Positions 1-11,939 are shown, counted from the first letter of the whole stretch. The stretch is 60,903 bases of DNA, filler included, from Sphacelaria rigidula (GCA_964200075.2; 7 parts of 7 records of this genome joined end to end with filler, not necessarily neighbours in it); one strand, 5' to 3'. The notes: generated by a model not told the origin, from the letters alone. Made by a program: numbers and translations.

Positions 1-52
1 CCTCGTTTTTCGTGCAACCAAATACCCCCCCCCCCCTATCGTAGGATGACTC
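1..52. mobile_element. Terminus of a GAG-ended MITE inserted into the copia RT (rest lies beyond the contig start)
   Basis: Reverse complement reads GAGTCATCCTACGATAGGGGG, matching the TIR at 6175 (GAGTCATGTTACGATAGGGGG); RT similarity stops here. Confidence 0.7.
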
Positions 53-480
53 CACAGCCATGAGGCAAACGCATAAAAACATCCTCGTTCAGTACGGACT
101 GCACAAAAGCTTGCTCGATATCAAAATGGCGTAACGAAATATTTTGCTCACAAGCAAGTACTATCAGCAGTCGTACACTCGAAACCGCTACTGTAGGTGC
201 ATATAATTCACCAAAGTCAATGTCCGCCCGTTGTCGATCTCCCCTCGCGACCAGTCTTGATTTTGCTTTTGTTGGCCACCCAAACTCATCAGCCGTCCAG
301 TTGTAAACCCACTTCTTGGGAATAAAATCATCTACTGATTGCTATATTACCGCATCCATGGTTCCCGCTTCCCTCAGGCCTTAAAATTCTTGCGCCATGG
401 AGTCCTTCCATACTCCTCCTTGTTCCGGACGTGTTGCTTCAGCGTATGTCTTTGGTGTGATCAACTCTTTCACTGGGCGA
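53..480 (-). pseudogene. Copia reverse transcriptase (RVT_2-like), N-terminal part, with in-frame stops
   Basis: Manual translation: KKWVYNWTADEFGWPTKAKSRLVARGDRQRADIDFGELYAPTVAVSSVRLLIVLACEQNISLRHFDIEQAFVQSVLNEDVFMRLPHGC. Confidence 0.92.
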
Positions 481-948
481 TGGGGAAGTCAAGGTGGTTC
501 ATGCGGCGGACGCTCCTCCTTCATCGCTATGTTGATGTCCTCGCGCGTTGCCATCGTAGTCGCAGTCCGATATTGCAAACCCTTGCGCCCCCCTGCCCCA
601 TCGCCCTGCCGTTTCCTTCCGGCCTCAATTGCGGAGCGCGTCAGGTGGGCGGATAAAAGGGATGGTTTGTCGAGCTGCGCAAAAAGATTCCTCTCATGAT
701 GAATAAGTGCAATGCTGGTCGTCCTCCTTCTTCTCGGCTGTATGCTGGGTCGTCTCCGATCGGGTCCTCTCCGGTTGCCGAGGGTCACTACTCAGGTCAA
801 GTTCCTTCGCCACCTTGTCGGGCAACGGTGATAGAGAGCGGTCTTGTAGATGGTGCGTTGCTGATGAAACCTCTGAAATGGATGATGGTGCCGAAGATCC
901 ATTGAAAATCGGGGGTGAAGTTGGTTGACGGTGCAGCGAATGAGGTTG

Positions 949-3099
949 CTAGGTTGGTGAAGTCGGCCGTATGTCGCGCTGGTTTTGTTTGTATTGCGTA
1001 GCGGCGGATGGTGGTGGTGCCGACGATGTGGTGGAAGGTAGAGGTGAATGATGTGCCGCACGAGTCGGTGTAAATGCCGGTGGTGGCGCGGTTGTGCGAT
1101 GTTGTGGTGGTGGCAAAGTATGTTGCGGTTGCGGGGAAACGGGATAATAAGGTCGATGTCGCGGCGGAAAAGAATTGAAAGGTCGCGGCGAGACGGGATT
1201 GGAAAGTTTATGATGTCGTCCCAGCGGAGCAGTACGGTGTGGCGGCAGCATGTGATTGCGGTAGTGGGATAGTGTGGTTTCGCGGCGGCGGCGGATTGTA
1301 GACGGTGGCGCCAGGTGCGGGATGATGTGATGGTGGAGCAGCATGGCGGCGCGGCGGCAAGTTGGCGGTGGCGGCGGCATGTGGTTGCGGTTTTGAGGGA
1401 GCATGGTTTCGCGGCGGCGGCGGGTTGTGGACGGTGGCGGCGGGTGCGGGATGATGTGATGGTGGAGCAGTATGGCGGCGCGGCGGCAAGTTGGCGGTGG
1501 CAGCGGCGGCATGTGGTTGCGATTGTGAGGAAGCATGGTTTCGTGGCGGCGGCGGGTTGTAGACGGTGGCGGCGGGTGCGGGATGATGTGATGGTGGATC
1601 AGCATGGTGGTGCGGCGGCAAGTTGGCGGCGGCGGAAGTTGAAGTCTCAGTGTTGCCGTCTTCCCCCCCCTTCCGTCGAGCGGCGCTGATGGTTGGAGTG
1701 GTAGACGGGGCACTGTCCAGACCACGTTGTTGGTGTAACAGACGGAGCCGGTTGAGGCTTTGATGACCTTGACGGTTGACGATGAATGGTTGCAGCCGTT
1801 GTCGAGATAGTAGCACTTGACAGCTTGCGGATCCATCTTGGAGCGTCGCGTGACCCTCATCATCCCAGGTTGAAGGAAGGGAACGATCTGAAGAGGAGGG
1901 GCGCGGCCGGTGAAACCCTGGTACGGCGGGATCTTCCCAGGGTTAGCCATCATGGCGGAGTGGTTGAAGCCACCCGCGGCCCAGACCGCGGACTCCAACC
2001 AGAGTCTGTCCAAGGTGCTACCGAGTCCGGGGATGTCCGTGAAGACCTCAGCGGGGAAGAGGCGCAAAGCTTCACATCGCGCAGCGTGGCCAGCCTTCAT
2101 CATGCGCCAGATTGCGCTCTCGGCCACAGCGTTGTGCTTAGGGGTGTCGGGTGCTGTATACTTGCGGCGAATCCGTACATCGTCACAGAAATCGATGAAG
2201 TCTTGCGAACGAAAGTCACCCCCGTTGTCGATGCGGATGCGACTAGGAATACCGAACTGGTTGACGGCGGCCATGTATCCCTTCACCTTTGCCAAAGCGT
2301 GTGCCTTCCTCGCCGAGCCGCAAAGCATGATGGAACGAGACCTACTATCCGCACAGGCGAGCATGTATAGTGACGCGCCTAGTGTTCCCACATGCGGTCC
2401 TGTGAGGTCGAGGTGGACGATGCCGAGGACCGTGGGTGACCGAGTACTTAAATGTAGGATCGCGGCGCGTCGCCCGTTTGACTCCACACATCCTGCGCAT
2501 GCCGCCAGCTGCTCTGTGAGAGTAATATCCCCTTGGGCGGCGGTCGCTCGGAGAATGGTCTCGTGAGCATGGTAGAGGGAAACGTGAAAGTAGTTGATGT
2601 CCAAAGTTTGTTGGGGTTTACCGACAGTGGATGGTCGGCGGCCGGGGGCTATAACAGCAAGCGCCAAATCCAAAATCTCGTCCTCACTCAATTCCTGAAG
2701 GCTTAGAACTTGAGGGGAAAACACTGGGGGACTACATGTAGCGACCTCATCCTCCTCGGACAGCAGTAGGCCCGGTGAGTGCAAACCTGGAACAGCAGTC
2801 AATCCTGTGGGAAAGCTATAGGATGAGTCGACAGTAGCACGCGAAGATGCCGTCGCAGTAGATTGCGCTACAGTAGTCGGGGTTGCACCGACAGAAGTAC
2901 GCGAAGACGCAGCATTCGGGGGGGTTCTGACAGTAGCACGCGAAGACGCCGTCGCAGTAGATTGCGCTACAGTAGTCGGGGTTGCACCGACAGAAGTACA
3001 GAAAGACATAGCATTCGGGGGGTTTCCGACAGCAGCACGCGAAGACACCGTCGCAGTAGACTGCGCTACACTAGTCGGGTTCCACCGACAGAAGCACAC
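949..3099 (-). CDS. Copia pol fragment: HHCC zinc finger and rve integrase core, followed by a Pro/His-rich repeat tail
   Basis: HVSLYH...CAGC; HLDLTGP, RIDNGGDF and HNAVAESAI with D-x35-E spacing intact. Confidence 0.9.
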   Translation of the reverse strand: MCFCRWNPTSVAQSTATVSSRAAVGNPPNAMSFCTSVGATPTTVAQSTATASSRATVRTPPNAASSRTSVGATPTTVAQSTATASSRATVDSSYSFPTGLTAVPGLHSPGLLLSEEDEVATCSPPVFSPQVLSLQELSEDEILDLALAVIAPGRRPSTVGKPQQTLDINYFHVSLYHAHETILRATAAQGDITLTEQLAACAGCVESNGRRAAILHLSTRSPTVLGIVHLDLTGPHVGTLGASLYMLACADSRSRSIMLCGSARKAHALAKVKGYMAAVNQFGIPSRIRIDNGGDFRSQDFIDFCDDVRIRRKYTAPDTPKHNAVAESAIWRMMKAGHAARCEALRLFPAEVFTDIPGLGSTLDRLWLESAVWAAGGFNHSAMMANPGKIPPYQGFTGRAPPLQIVPFLQPGMMRVTRRSKMDPQAVKCYYLDNGCNHSSSTVKVIKASTGSVCYTNNVVWTVPRLPLQPSAPLDGRGGKTATLRLQLPPPPTCRRTTMLIHHHIIPHPPPPSTTRRRHETMLPHNRNHMPPLPPPTCRRAAILLHHHIIPHPPPPSTTRRRRETMLPQNRNHMPPPPPTCRRAAMLLHHHIIPHLAPPSTIRRRRETTLSHYRNHMLPPHRTAPLGRHHKLSNPVSPRPFNSFPPRHRPYYPVSPQPQHTLPPPQHRTTAPPPAFTPTRAAHHSPLPSTTSSAPPPSAATQYKQNQRDIRPTSPT
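1248..1635. repeat. Tandem repeat, 3 x 129-132 bp, between IN and RT
   Basis: Units begin GCATGTG at 1248, 1377 and 1509. Confidence 0.85.
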
Positions 3100-3190
3100 G
3101 AAGACACAGCATTCGGGGGGGCACTGACAGTAGCACGCGAAGGCACAGTAGTCGGGGGGGCACTGACAGTAGCACGCAGAGACACAGCAT
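2830..3190. repeat. Tandem repeat, ~3.5 x 99 bp, between PR and IN
   Basis: GACAG(T/C)AGCACGCGAAG at 2830, 2929, 3028 and 3126; the third unit is 98 bp and causes the frameshift. Confidence 0.88.
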
Positions 3191-3239
3191 CTGTAGAATG
3201 TTCCCCCATGGCGGGGACTGCAATCGAAGCATCATCCGA

Positions 3240-3660
3240 TGTGGGCGGCAAACGTTTCGCGAATTGAGAAGATGAACACGAATTACGCTCGAATCGTAGT
3301 TGCCCGTTGAATAGCGATATTCCTGGTCTAGTCAAAGTAATGTCCTGTTTGTACTGTGCCTGATGTATAGAGAAGAGGTTGAACTTAATACCATCAAGCA
3401 CATACACGTTAGTAAGCTTGACACAAAAACTAGTGCGCTCAGCCCCGTCAGTGAGTCCCATGTAAAATCTGAAGTTGTGGCTATCGACTGCTCTTATTGG
3501 AAGTACAGTACCATCTCCTAAGATCACATTCTCGTTACCATGAGGGGGAACTCGCACATCAAAGCCCCTCCAAATTTCCAGTAGTATGGTGCGATGCCCC
3601 GGTGTCCGGTATCTACTCTTCCAAATCATCACCTCTCCCCGACACCTCCCCACGATGCAT
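3240..3660 (-). pseudogene. Copia aspartic protease
   Basis: E*IPDTGASHHTTGN (stop replacing Trp), frameshift, then VILGDGTVLPI...LTNVYVLDGIKFNLFSI. Confidence 0.85.
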
Positions 3661-4448
3661 CATAGCATATCGCTGCAAATCAAAATTTCAAAGCCGAAAC
3701 CGAGACTCGCCTTTTGACGTGGAAACTGCCATATTTAGTCGTGGATGTTCCGAGGTGTACGTATCGGGAGGCGGAGTAGATGTAGCTGGGGGGGCTGCCG
3801 GCTGCTGATGCTGCTGTTGGTCGTGAGTTGGAGCTATGGTTTGGGACTGTTGTTGATGAAGGCTGTTTTCCGGCTTAGGATAGTAGTAAGAGTGATGCTG
3901 CTGGCCCGGCTGGTGATACTGTTGGGAATGTTGCTGTGGATAGTGGTCTGTTGGTGGGGGATGTTGATATTGTTGTGTAGGTTGCTGCGGGTAGTTGTCT
4001 ATTGTTGGGGAAGGTTGATAGGTGTCTTGTGGGGGATGGTGAGGATATGGTGGTGCGAGGTATGCAGTAGGTTGGTGGTGCTGCTGATATTGGGGCAGTA
4101 TTTGATGTGACGATGGCTCATGACTCTTCACGTAATGGGCATGTCCAGCACCGTTGAAACCACCCCTGCCCGGTGGGGTGAAGTCTTCGTCAGGAGTCGG
4201 GGGCTCACTCCACTGTACACGGTTTGCACGCGAGTGAGACTCCCTCGAATGTGGGAGTCGTTGAAGTGGTGAGGGTTGTTGGCCTGAGTATGGGTGTTGG
4301 AGTAGTGGTTACGTGGGGGTGGTTTCCCCCGTGATGCGGGGCACGCTGCTTCGGGTTAGGATGTCGATTGCCTTGTCGGCGATCAACATGACTCCGCCCG
4401 TCGCCTCGTGTATGGTAATCAACACCTCTATCATGGCATATATTGCAA

Positions 4449-5617
4449 TTACGAACATTGCATGATGAGGGTTGGGGGGGGTGGATTGGGGTGGTTGTTG
4501 TGGGGCTCATGTGTAGATGAGAAATGTGATCGGGACTTAAACCCTGGCGACGGTTCATGGTCAGGGTGCTCGTGTGAGGTGGAATTCCTACTGCGGTCAG
4601 AGCCACATTCCCGACAGAGGTAGTTTCGCCTGCCCCCCCGGCCTCCGCGTCGCCTTCCTGATACGTCACTGTTAGAGACATCTTGACCCATGGCAGATAA
4701 AGCATGGTTATTCGGAGGGTCCACCCTACTCCTTGACAGTTCCAATTCAGCATGATGAGCAGTTTTCACCGCTCGGTGTAGGGTCTCTGTAGCAATTCCC
4801 GACATAGCGAGGAGAATGCCACGCTGGATCTCGTACTCTGCAGACAGTCTACGTGCATAGTGCCTGTTGGCATCAAACTCCGAAATTACGTTAGCGTAAT
4901 GATGCCTTTTGTGGCGAATTAAATTCGCCCTAATCAGAAACACGAGAGGGCTCTCGCCCGGGGACGTCTGTAGGCATGTCCACTGTTCCTCCAGATGGGC
5001 CTTCTCTGTAGTGGGGGAAACGGTGTAGTACTGGACGAAGTAGTCTCACGACTCACTAGGTGACCCAAGCATCGCAAAATTCTAAACCATCCCGGGGGCT
5101 ATGATTTTTTCGAGTAAAAATTCGTCGACCCTCTGAGCTTTCTCTACTGCCCTGTACCCGTGCTGCGCTATCAACTCCTCCTCTGACCCATGGAAAACAC
5201 GAATGGGGTCCTGAACAGAGCATCGTAATATTTCTCAGCACGAAAAAATCCGATCATCTGCACTTGAAACACCCGAAACTTCGACTTCGAACTTTCCCCT
5301 GCTTTTACAGAACCGTCCCATGGGGGAATACTCGTATTGTTACGTGCTCTAACAAAGTTCGGTTGGGCACGTTGTCCTCCCGTGTAGTTATCGTTTCGGA
5401 ACTCATGGAAAAGACGTGGGTTGTTCTGCTGGTCGCGGTGTGCTGTACTCATCGTGAGATTACCTTGTGCGCCTGCGCCCAAATGCATACTCCCATCTCT
5501 TTCGCAATCTACAACAGCATCGCGTTGTGCGGCCTCAATAAGCTCTGCCTGTTTCCCTTCCATCTCTGCTTGTTTTTCTTCCATGATTCGCAGTTTTTCG
5601 GTTTGCTGTACCTCCAT
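4449..5617 (-). pseudogene. Copia gag region, fragmented
   Basis: ORFs 5171-5617 and 4449-4943 lie upstream of PR on the same strand, with a helical N-terminus and an RGGRGGR tract; mainly positional. Confidence 0.6.
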
Positions 5618-5747
5618 AAGCCGAAGCTTCTCCGTTCATTCTTCCGCACTGTATTCCTTCATGTTGACCATTGATCGACTCTAATTATCTATTACTGTTG
5701 CTTGTTGTTAAATTGATTATCCGAAACATTATTGACCTCTCACTTGT

Positions 5748-6050
5748 TGACTCCCTCTCTCGTTGGCTTAAGCGCTATCAAATGCTGCTGTATTTTGCTC
5801 AAACTGTAACAAAAACACTAACTGCGTGACCCTCCCGATGGCTCAAGCGCCATCGAATGCTGCTGTAGTTTGCTCAAACTGTACCAATCGCTAACTGCGT
5901 GACTCTCCCGTCGGCTCAAGCGCTATCAATGCTGTTGTTTTTTGCTCAAACTGTAACAAACGCTAACTGTGTGACTCTCCCGTTGGCTCAAGCGTCATCA
6001 AATGCTTCTGCATTTTGTCTCAAGCTGGCTCAAGCGCTGTGAATGCTGCT
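5748..6050. repeat. Tandem repeat, ~4 x 72-75 bp, in the copia leader
   Basis: Recurring GGCTCAAGCGC(T/C)ATCAAATGCTGCTGT...GCTCAAACTGTAAC...CTAACTGCGTGAC. Confidence 0.85.
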
Positions 6051-6054
6051 GTCG

Positions 6055-6720
6055 CCGGACCAGGCTCGAAATCAATCACCAAGCGCAAAGCGCCGTATTG
6101 TGTCAAGGCAAGTCTCATGAAGAGTGACCTGTACCCTGCAAGGATTGTTCGGTCCGAAGCGTACTATCTATCTTGAGTCATGTTACGATAGGGGGCGAGT
6201 GTTTTCGATTCCGCAAGAAAATGGGGTCGTACGTGCTTCAGACGACCGAACACACTCGCGGTGCGCTTGTATTTGGGTAAAAGCGGTGTCAAGCAGTGTG
6301 AGTGAGCGTTATTTATCGGAAGCAAGCACGTTCGAACCACCGTTGCTATCAACTACGGTTGCAAGTAATTTCTAGTGGAAGAAAAAGGCGCAAAATACCC
6401 CTCTCCCCTCCCCCCCCTACCGTATCGTGACTCTCGAACTATGGATGAAGGCCTCGAATGAGTTGCTTCATTTTCTGGTATCGCCACTACCAGAGACAGT
6501 CGCGGGTTCACTTCATTTGGGTGTCTCACTATTTTGAAACACGACGTCGTGCAATCATCCGATTCGCGCGATCTTGGGCTTCTTCCACCTCGCACAACAT
6601 GATCTTACTAGTTGATCGCCATGGCTAGCGCAAAAAAACGCAAGCGACACAAGAAACGGTAACCTACCTGCCTAGCCTACGCAGTGAGTGGGCCATTTTA
6701 CACCGCCGTCGCCGACGAAC
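6055..6720. mobile_element. Fragment of the G-run TIR family, interrupted by a MITE at 6175-6433
   Basis: GCCGGACCAGGCTCG...GTTCGG.CCGAAGC and GAGTTGCTTCATTTTCTGGTATCGCC are shared with 52291-52720, 35800-36110, 44860-45150 and 60100-60400. Confidence 0.75.
6175..6433. mobile_element. MITE with ~21-bp TIRs and GAG...CTC termini (Sola-like ends)
   Basis: Left GAGTCATGTTACGATAGGGG; right (rc) GAGTCACGATACGGTAGGGG; host repeat resumes on both sides; degenerate 4-bp flanks TCTT/TCGA. Confidence 0.75.
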
Positions 6721-7595
6721 GCTGACCCTCGGGGAAGGGGGGGGAGGGCACGGAGAAGCAAAAATTGGGAAGGCGGCGGGGGTTGTAAAATTGGAGGGCC
6801 GCAAACGGGGAAGTCCCTGGCCGAAAAAACGGCGATACAGTACATACGACACAGAGCCGGAGAGAGACCGAAAATCACATGGATACTGAGCTCTCCGAGC
6901 TCCGAAAATTAGAAAACGATGTATGCCACGATTCAAGCGCAAAACATTATTCGGAATATATCTCCGTCGCATCCAGGGTAATCACGCGTGTTTTCCCGGA
7001 TCAGGAATGTTCACGCACGTACGCTGTAGAAGTTTCAATTTATCCAAGGCCAGGTCTGGTAGAGTATGCCCGATGTCTTGGTGTTTCAGAAAGTCGCACA
7101 TCACCTGCCTCATTCGGTCGCAATGTCTTGTATGGGTTTTCGAGATGGGAACAACAGCACTGGGATTGGCTGGCTGCTGCTGTGGGTATGGGTCGGATCT
7201 CCACTTTTCAAAATACCAAAATATAGGGTATATCCTATCCGAGCCGCACTTTAATTTTTCTGTCCCATTCAAAGATGGCAAAGTGAGAACTTGACCTGTA
7301 CGTGGAACGCCTTGACAATGTGACCTTCCTTTGGCCGACCTCTTTTTCACGCGCCACGCGCATGGTCGGTGGACTTCGCAGATGTACACCAGTTCATGTC
7401 GCCGCGCTCTCGTGGTCTACATTAAAATGGTACAATTGCCACGGTTAGAGCCGGGAAAACGCGCGTTCGATACCGACCAGATGCGTCTAGCTGCTAGTTT
7501 GGCTTTTTTCTCTCAAGGATCTGAGTTCAAAGCGGTGGTAAGATGGAGCGCACTCGCAAGCGCTGTGTGTTGTTTATGTTGCCATCGCATCTACT

Positions 7596-7789
7596 GTGGA
7601 CGCCAGGTTACACCTTCTCTCTCTTCGACCGTAAAGTCGGATTTTGTGTACCCACAACATGGTCGCTCTCCACTGTTGGGCGTTGTGTGAGAAAAAATCC
7701 CAGGTGGTGTGACTGAACCGAGATTCGACCTCACGACCCAAACGTCAGAAGGATTCGAGGTTACCAACTGAGCCATCGGGACGACCGGC
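7596..7789 (-). mobile_element. tRNA-derived SINE, family A
   Basis: Minus-strand head has A-box-like TGGCTCAGTTGG and B-box-like GGTCGAATC; body shared with 38527-39270. Confidence 0.78.
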
Positions 7790-8616
7790 TAGTACGAAAC
7801 TAGAAAGAGCAAAGCGCACGGCAAAGGTTTTTACCTGTCTCCTGGTAACGAAAAATAAATGAAGTCGTTATTTTCTTTGAAAGCGTGGAGACGTGAGTAG
7901 CACAACGAGACTGTTCGGCTGAGCTTGTCATACGACAGTCGACGCGGTGCGGGAGCGCTGGTCATGATCCAATGGCGATACCATAATGTGGGGCGTGTAC
8001 CAGGGAAGAGATGGGCTGATCCCTTGAGACCACGGACGCGTCTCGAGGAACGAGAGGGGTTAGAAGTGGGAACGAAAGAAAAACAAATGCGAAGACCGTG
8101 AAGATTTCTGACGGACAAGAAATTATTAAATGGCCAAGTCGCTCTAATATAGCATAGCATACTTTACTTGGGACACGGAGGAGCAACACCGTTGTTTTGT
8201 GTTATTTCATCACAACAGCCTGTATTGTATGCCAATCTCAAAGTCCAAACAGTACATTGTCAACCAGCGGAGTTCAACCAGTCAACCGCTAGGTTTTGTA
8301 TGGGCATCATTTGTTTTTCCTTCACGTGAGACCCCGATGACCTCGCCGCTAACTGTTTGAGGTGTCCAACACAGAAGACGAAGGGGAGAGTCTCCATGTT
8401 CAACGAACTCACAGCAAGCGGTCGGTGTGTAAGACACTGGGTCATCCATCACACGCCTCTCTTCGTGTCACCTCGAACAAGACCAAGCTGTTACTCGGAG
8501 CGTAGTCTGGATGGCACTCCTGGAAGTGAAGACATCGCCACAATCGACGGGAGCAGGGGGTGGGGGTGGGGGGTGAGGGGTGGGGGGGGGAAGCAGCGAA
8601 GGAGGGGTTTACTCAT

Positions 8617-8716
8617 NNNNNNNNNNNNNNNNNNNNNNNNNNNNNNNNNNNNNNNNNNNNTTAATTAATTAANNNNNNNNNNNNNNNNNNNNNNNNNNNN
8701 NNNNNNNNNNNNNNNN
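8617..8716. other. Artificial contig spacer N44-TTAATTAATTAA-N44
   Basis: Identical 100-bp linker with stops in all six frames. Confidence 0.99.
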
Positions 8717-10929
8717 CCCTTCGCACTCTCCTGCTGTGACCCCCCTTTTACCTTGAAGCCCCACCCGCTCGGATCCGGGGCTCCCCCCCCCCCCCCCCGT
8801 CCCGCCCCGTCCCAATACGCACACAACATGACGGCTCCGATTTCGTACAAATATACCTGGATCATGGCCAATCGAATGACTTGCTGGTCTAAATGAGTCC
8901 ATGCATGAGATGTCACCTGCCAATGTTGTCAAGCCCTTTAATCTGCGATCAAATGGTTAGAATATTCGCTGTTTCAGGGAAGTTGTTCATGAAAGGAACA
9001 TGACGCCGAGTCGGTGGATTAACACACATCCTGTTAACAAACGTTCCGGTCCTGATTTCCACGTCGCCAGGTGTGCTCTGACTTTAAAGTAAAATCAGAT
9101 GTTGAAACGCCATGGCTTGAAAGTATTCATATTGACTCCATATCTACCAGTGGAAACGAATGCGATCTGATTTGAGTCTACAAATGCTCTTGCAATTAAT
9201 CTCCCAAATTTCTCGCGGTTGAATGATGAAATATAGAGGATAGAGAACGTATCGTGATGTGACACTTGCAGATCGGGAAATGAGTGATACGGTATGCACC
9301 GCACAGAGTGTGGCTTACATAATAAGAACTGCGCATGAAGGTGCATGGACTAGAAGGACCACGCACAGTGTCGGAGGGCTATAGACAGCTCCCAGTACAG
9401 TGAACGGCTGAGCAACCAGCGCATGGTATGGCCCTCCTTCCGTTCGCCGGCACAAGCCGGGGCGGGGCGGCAAAGCTGTACTGCACGCCCAACAACCCCA
9501 ATATAGAATCGCCGGAGTATCCGGCGCGGTATCAGGGAGTGGCGGCGTTTTCTGTAGCAGATGAGGGAGCAGCGGTAGCTGGAACAGCGGAAACGGCGGC
9601 GGCCGCCACGGGTCTGGTGGTCGTACCTGAAGCACGGGCTTCGCATCGCGGGATATACATCGTCGAACAAGGCGCCGGAGACGGCCAGAGCGTGCCAAAC
9701 TCCGGTTCCGTGGTCGACAAGGGCGGGAGGCGCAACGCAATCCGTCAAATACGCCGACGTTCTGGCGACTGGGGTGGTACCGTTGTGGCTGATTTGGGGT
9801 AAGCTCGCAAACAACGGTTTGATAGTTGTATGGGAGTATTTACGACGTGCATATAGCAGCGTGCGGAATAGCGCAGGCGAAGCAAGTGCGGAGTACCTAG
9901 TGGCATTCCCCTTATGCGACAAGAAAATGCGACAAGAGTGGAAAGTCAACCACATGCCATCCGTAAAGAAATGCGTGCCATCGGTCGGGGTAAGACGTCA
10001 AGATGTGATACCCACCGCAGTCCACCGCCACACATAACCGTATTTAGCGGCCACCGCACTTTGCCTCGTAGTCGCTGTATGTTGGCAGCCCGCCGTACAT
10101 ACATCACTGTGTGATGCAACCACCGCGACGCACGCTGTGCCGCCGGCCGCCGGCACAGGCTAAGGCGTTGAAACGACGATAGCGTGTACCATAATCCGTG
10201 TCGTGCGCAGCTCGGTGTGCGCACGCGATGTATGGTGCAGAAAGCGAACTGCTCGTGGACATTGTCGCGTTTCTGGTAGCCCATCACCCAATCGTAGTAG
10301 CAGTAGCCACTGTAGCGTGTTGTTCGTATTGGGCGCCACATGTCTCGGGTGCTCAGAATGACAGAAATAGCTGCCAATACCACAGATAGCCTGTACTGTG
10401 CCCACATGCGTGGCACCACTATCGACTGTATCACGTCACCGCGCGCCCTAGGCCACGTTTCACGCCCATGTTCAGATTTCGCATTCATTCCAGCGCTATC
10501 GTTTCGTCCCATAATCACGAGCGTTGAAGTCCTTTGAGGTCGTGGTTCCAACTATGTTGTCACACACACAACGATGGTCACGCCGTAACACTGCGCTGTA
10601 AAGCAGGCGCGCCGGCGGTTATGCAAAAAATCTGCGTGCCGCCGCGAGTTCTCAGTTCATGTATTGCGGTAGCGGCCTATGAAGATGACCGTTTCCGGGC
10701 TTCCTACGTGCTTCACTAGGCCCTGTCTACGCGTTGCGACTGCTGTCGCAGCAGCGTCTCGACGCTGGCCATCGATGTCCAGCGAATTCGTCGTATTCAA
10801 ATCAACCGATATTTTCCTCGAGTTTGAATAGCGCAACGACGCTTTGGTAAACGCCATGCGACAATAGGCAAGCAATCCAAACCGCTGCGCTCACGCACAT
10901 TCTTGGACATGTGAATATGTTCTTCATAC

Positions 10930-11640
10930 GTTCAAGCCCGTCCTTCAACGGAACGAGTAATTACCCTCGTGAGATTAGCTGTCTCTTCCCTGATACCGCC
11001 TTCGAGTCAGAAATCCGAGATTACACCTGCGATTTTTATCGCGAAACTGAACGTGGCGGCGGCACACCGCTTCTGACGAGTGGAGCTAGATAAGCCACTC
11101 GTGTCGGCGCAAACTTTGAGAGTACGTTGATATCGATGGTTCGTGGCCTTTTCGATTGCCGTTCCTCATCTGGCTGGTGGCTTATCCCCCCGTCGGCGAT
11201 TACTCACTCGAGTTTCGGCGGGGTTGCGGCGTGAAACGATGGAGGTGGTGACTGGCGCACGATTAGTACCCCTTTCATCTGGACAGCTGTGCCGTGTCGC
11301 CTTACCCCGATTCAACGGTATCTCAGGGTGCGGTTGAGGTAACGTCCGACGCGTTTTTTTGCGGAAATGGGTCGATGATGCATTAGAGATAAAGGTGCTT
11401 TTGGGCGCGGCAATGAGCGTTTATAGTGTGCCACCCAGTCAGCAAGTTCCGCCCACGTACGATGGACTCTCATCGAGACGCAGCTTCCCTATAGAGTAGC
11501 CTAGTAAACTTGCTGACTGGACCGCAGCGCAAGTAGTCTCATGTTTCAGCGTCAATAGCTAGACAATGCGATGACAGTACTTGCGACAAGAAACGGCGGA
11601 ATTTGCGCAATCTTGGAAGAGTGGCTCAAGTCCAGATGAT
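10930..11640 (+). pseudogene. DIRS/Ngaro-like reverse transcriptase remnant
   Basis: IFIAKLNVAAAHR (cf. SKxDVxxAFR); LFDCRSSSGWW (cf. LxFGWRSSPGWW); RKWVDDALEI at 11368-11379 (cf. YVDD); SKLADW...ILEEW. Confidence 0.78.
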
Positions 11641-11939
11641 CTGTACTCACGAGGGAGGTATGAAGTATCGGCAGGAAACTAAGAAACATATCACGACTAG
11701 TAAGGCCAGGGACGTGCCTCGTGTGGCGGCTTTCTCAAGCAGACATGTAAAAACAGAATTACAGAGACTCCCACGTACCCATGAAGCGTACTGTAGTGGG
11801 CAGAGAGTTTTCCCATACGATTTCCACCCGGACTTGACGTGATGAAAATGAACAGTTTCTCAAGATTTACTGTACTACAAGCCAGTGTTTGCTTTATTCG
11901 TCGATTCTCGACCACACTTCACGCGCGGTTGCTCGCCTT

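Larger units (their letters stand above)
53..6055 (-). mobile_element. Degenerate Ty1/copia LTR retrotransposon, internal region (gag-PR-IN-RT); no LTRs seen
   Basis: Copia domain order with integrase before RT; PR, IN and RT motifs listed below; stops and frameshifts present. Confidence 0.93.

Noticed and set aside
5748..6050. CRISPR-like array
   Set aside because: Whole units repeat with no unique spacers, no cas genes, and eukaryotic retroelement context
7715..7789. tRNA genes here and at 37780-37850, 39200-39270 and 49753-49820
   Set aside because: Only A/B boxes, no complete cloverleaf, and attached to repeat bodies: SINE heads
8661..8672. TTAATTAATTAA repeated at regular ~8.7-kb spacing (PacI-like site, array-like periodicity)
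   Set aside because: Always embedded in N44 flanks; an artificial linker
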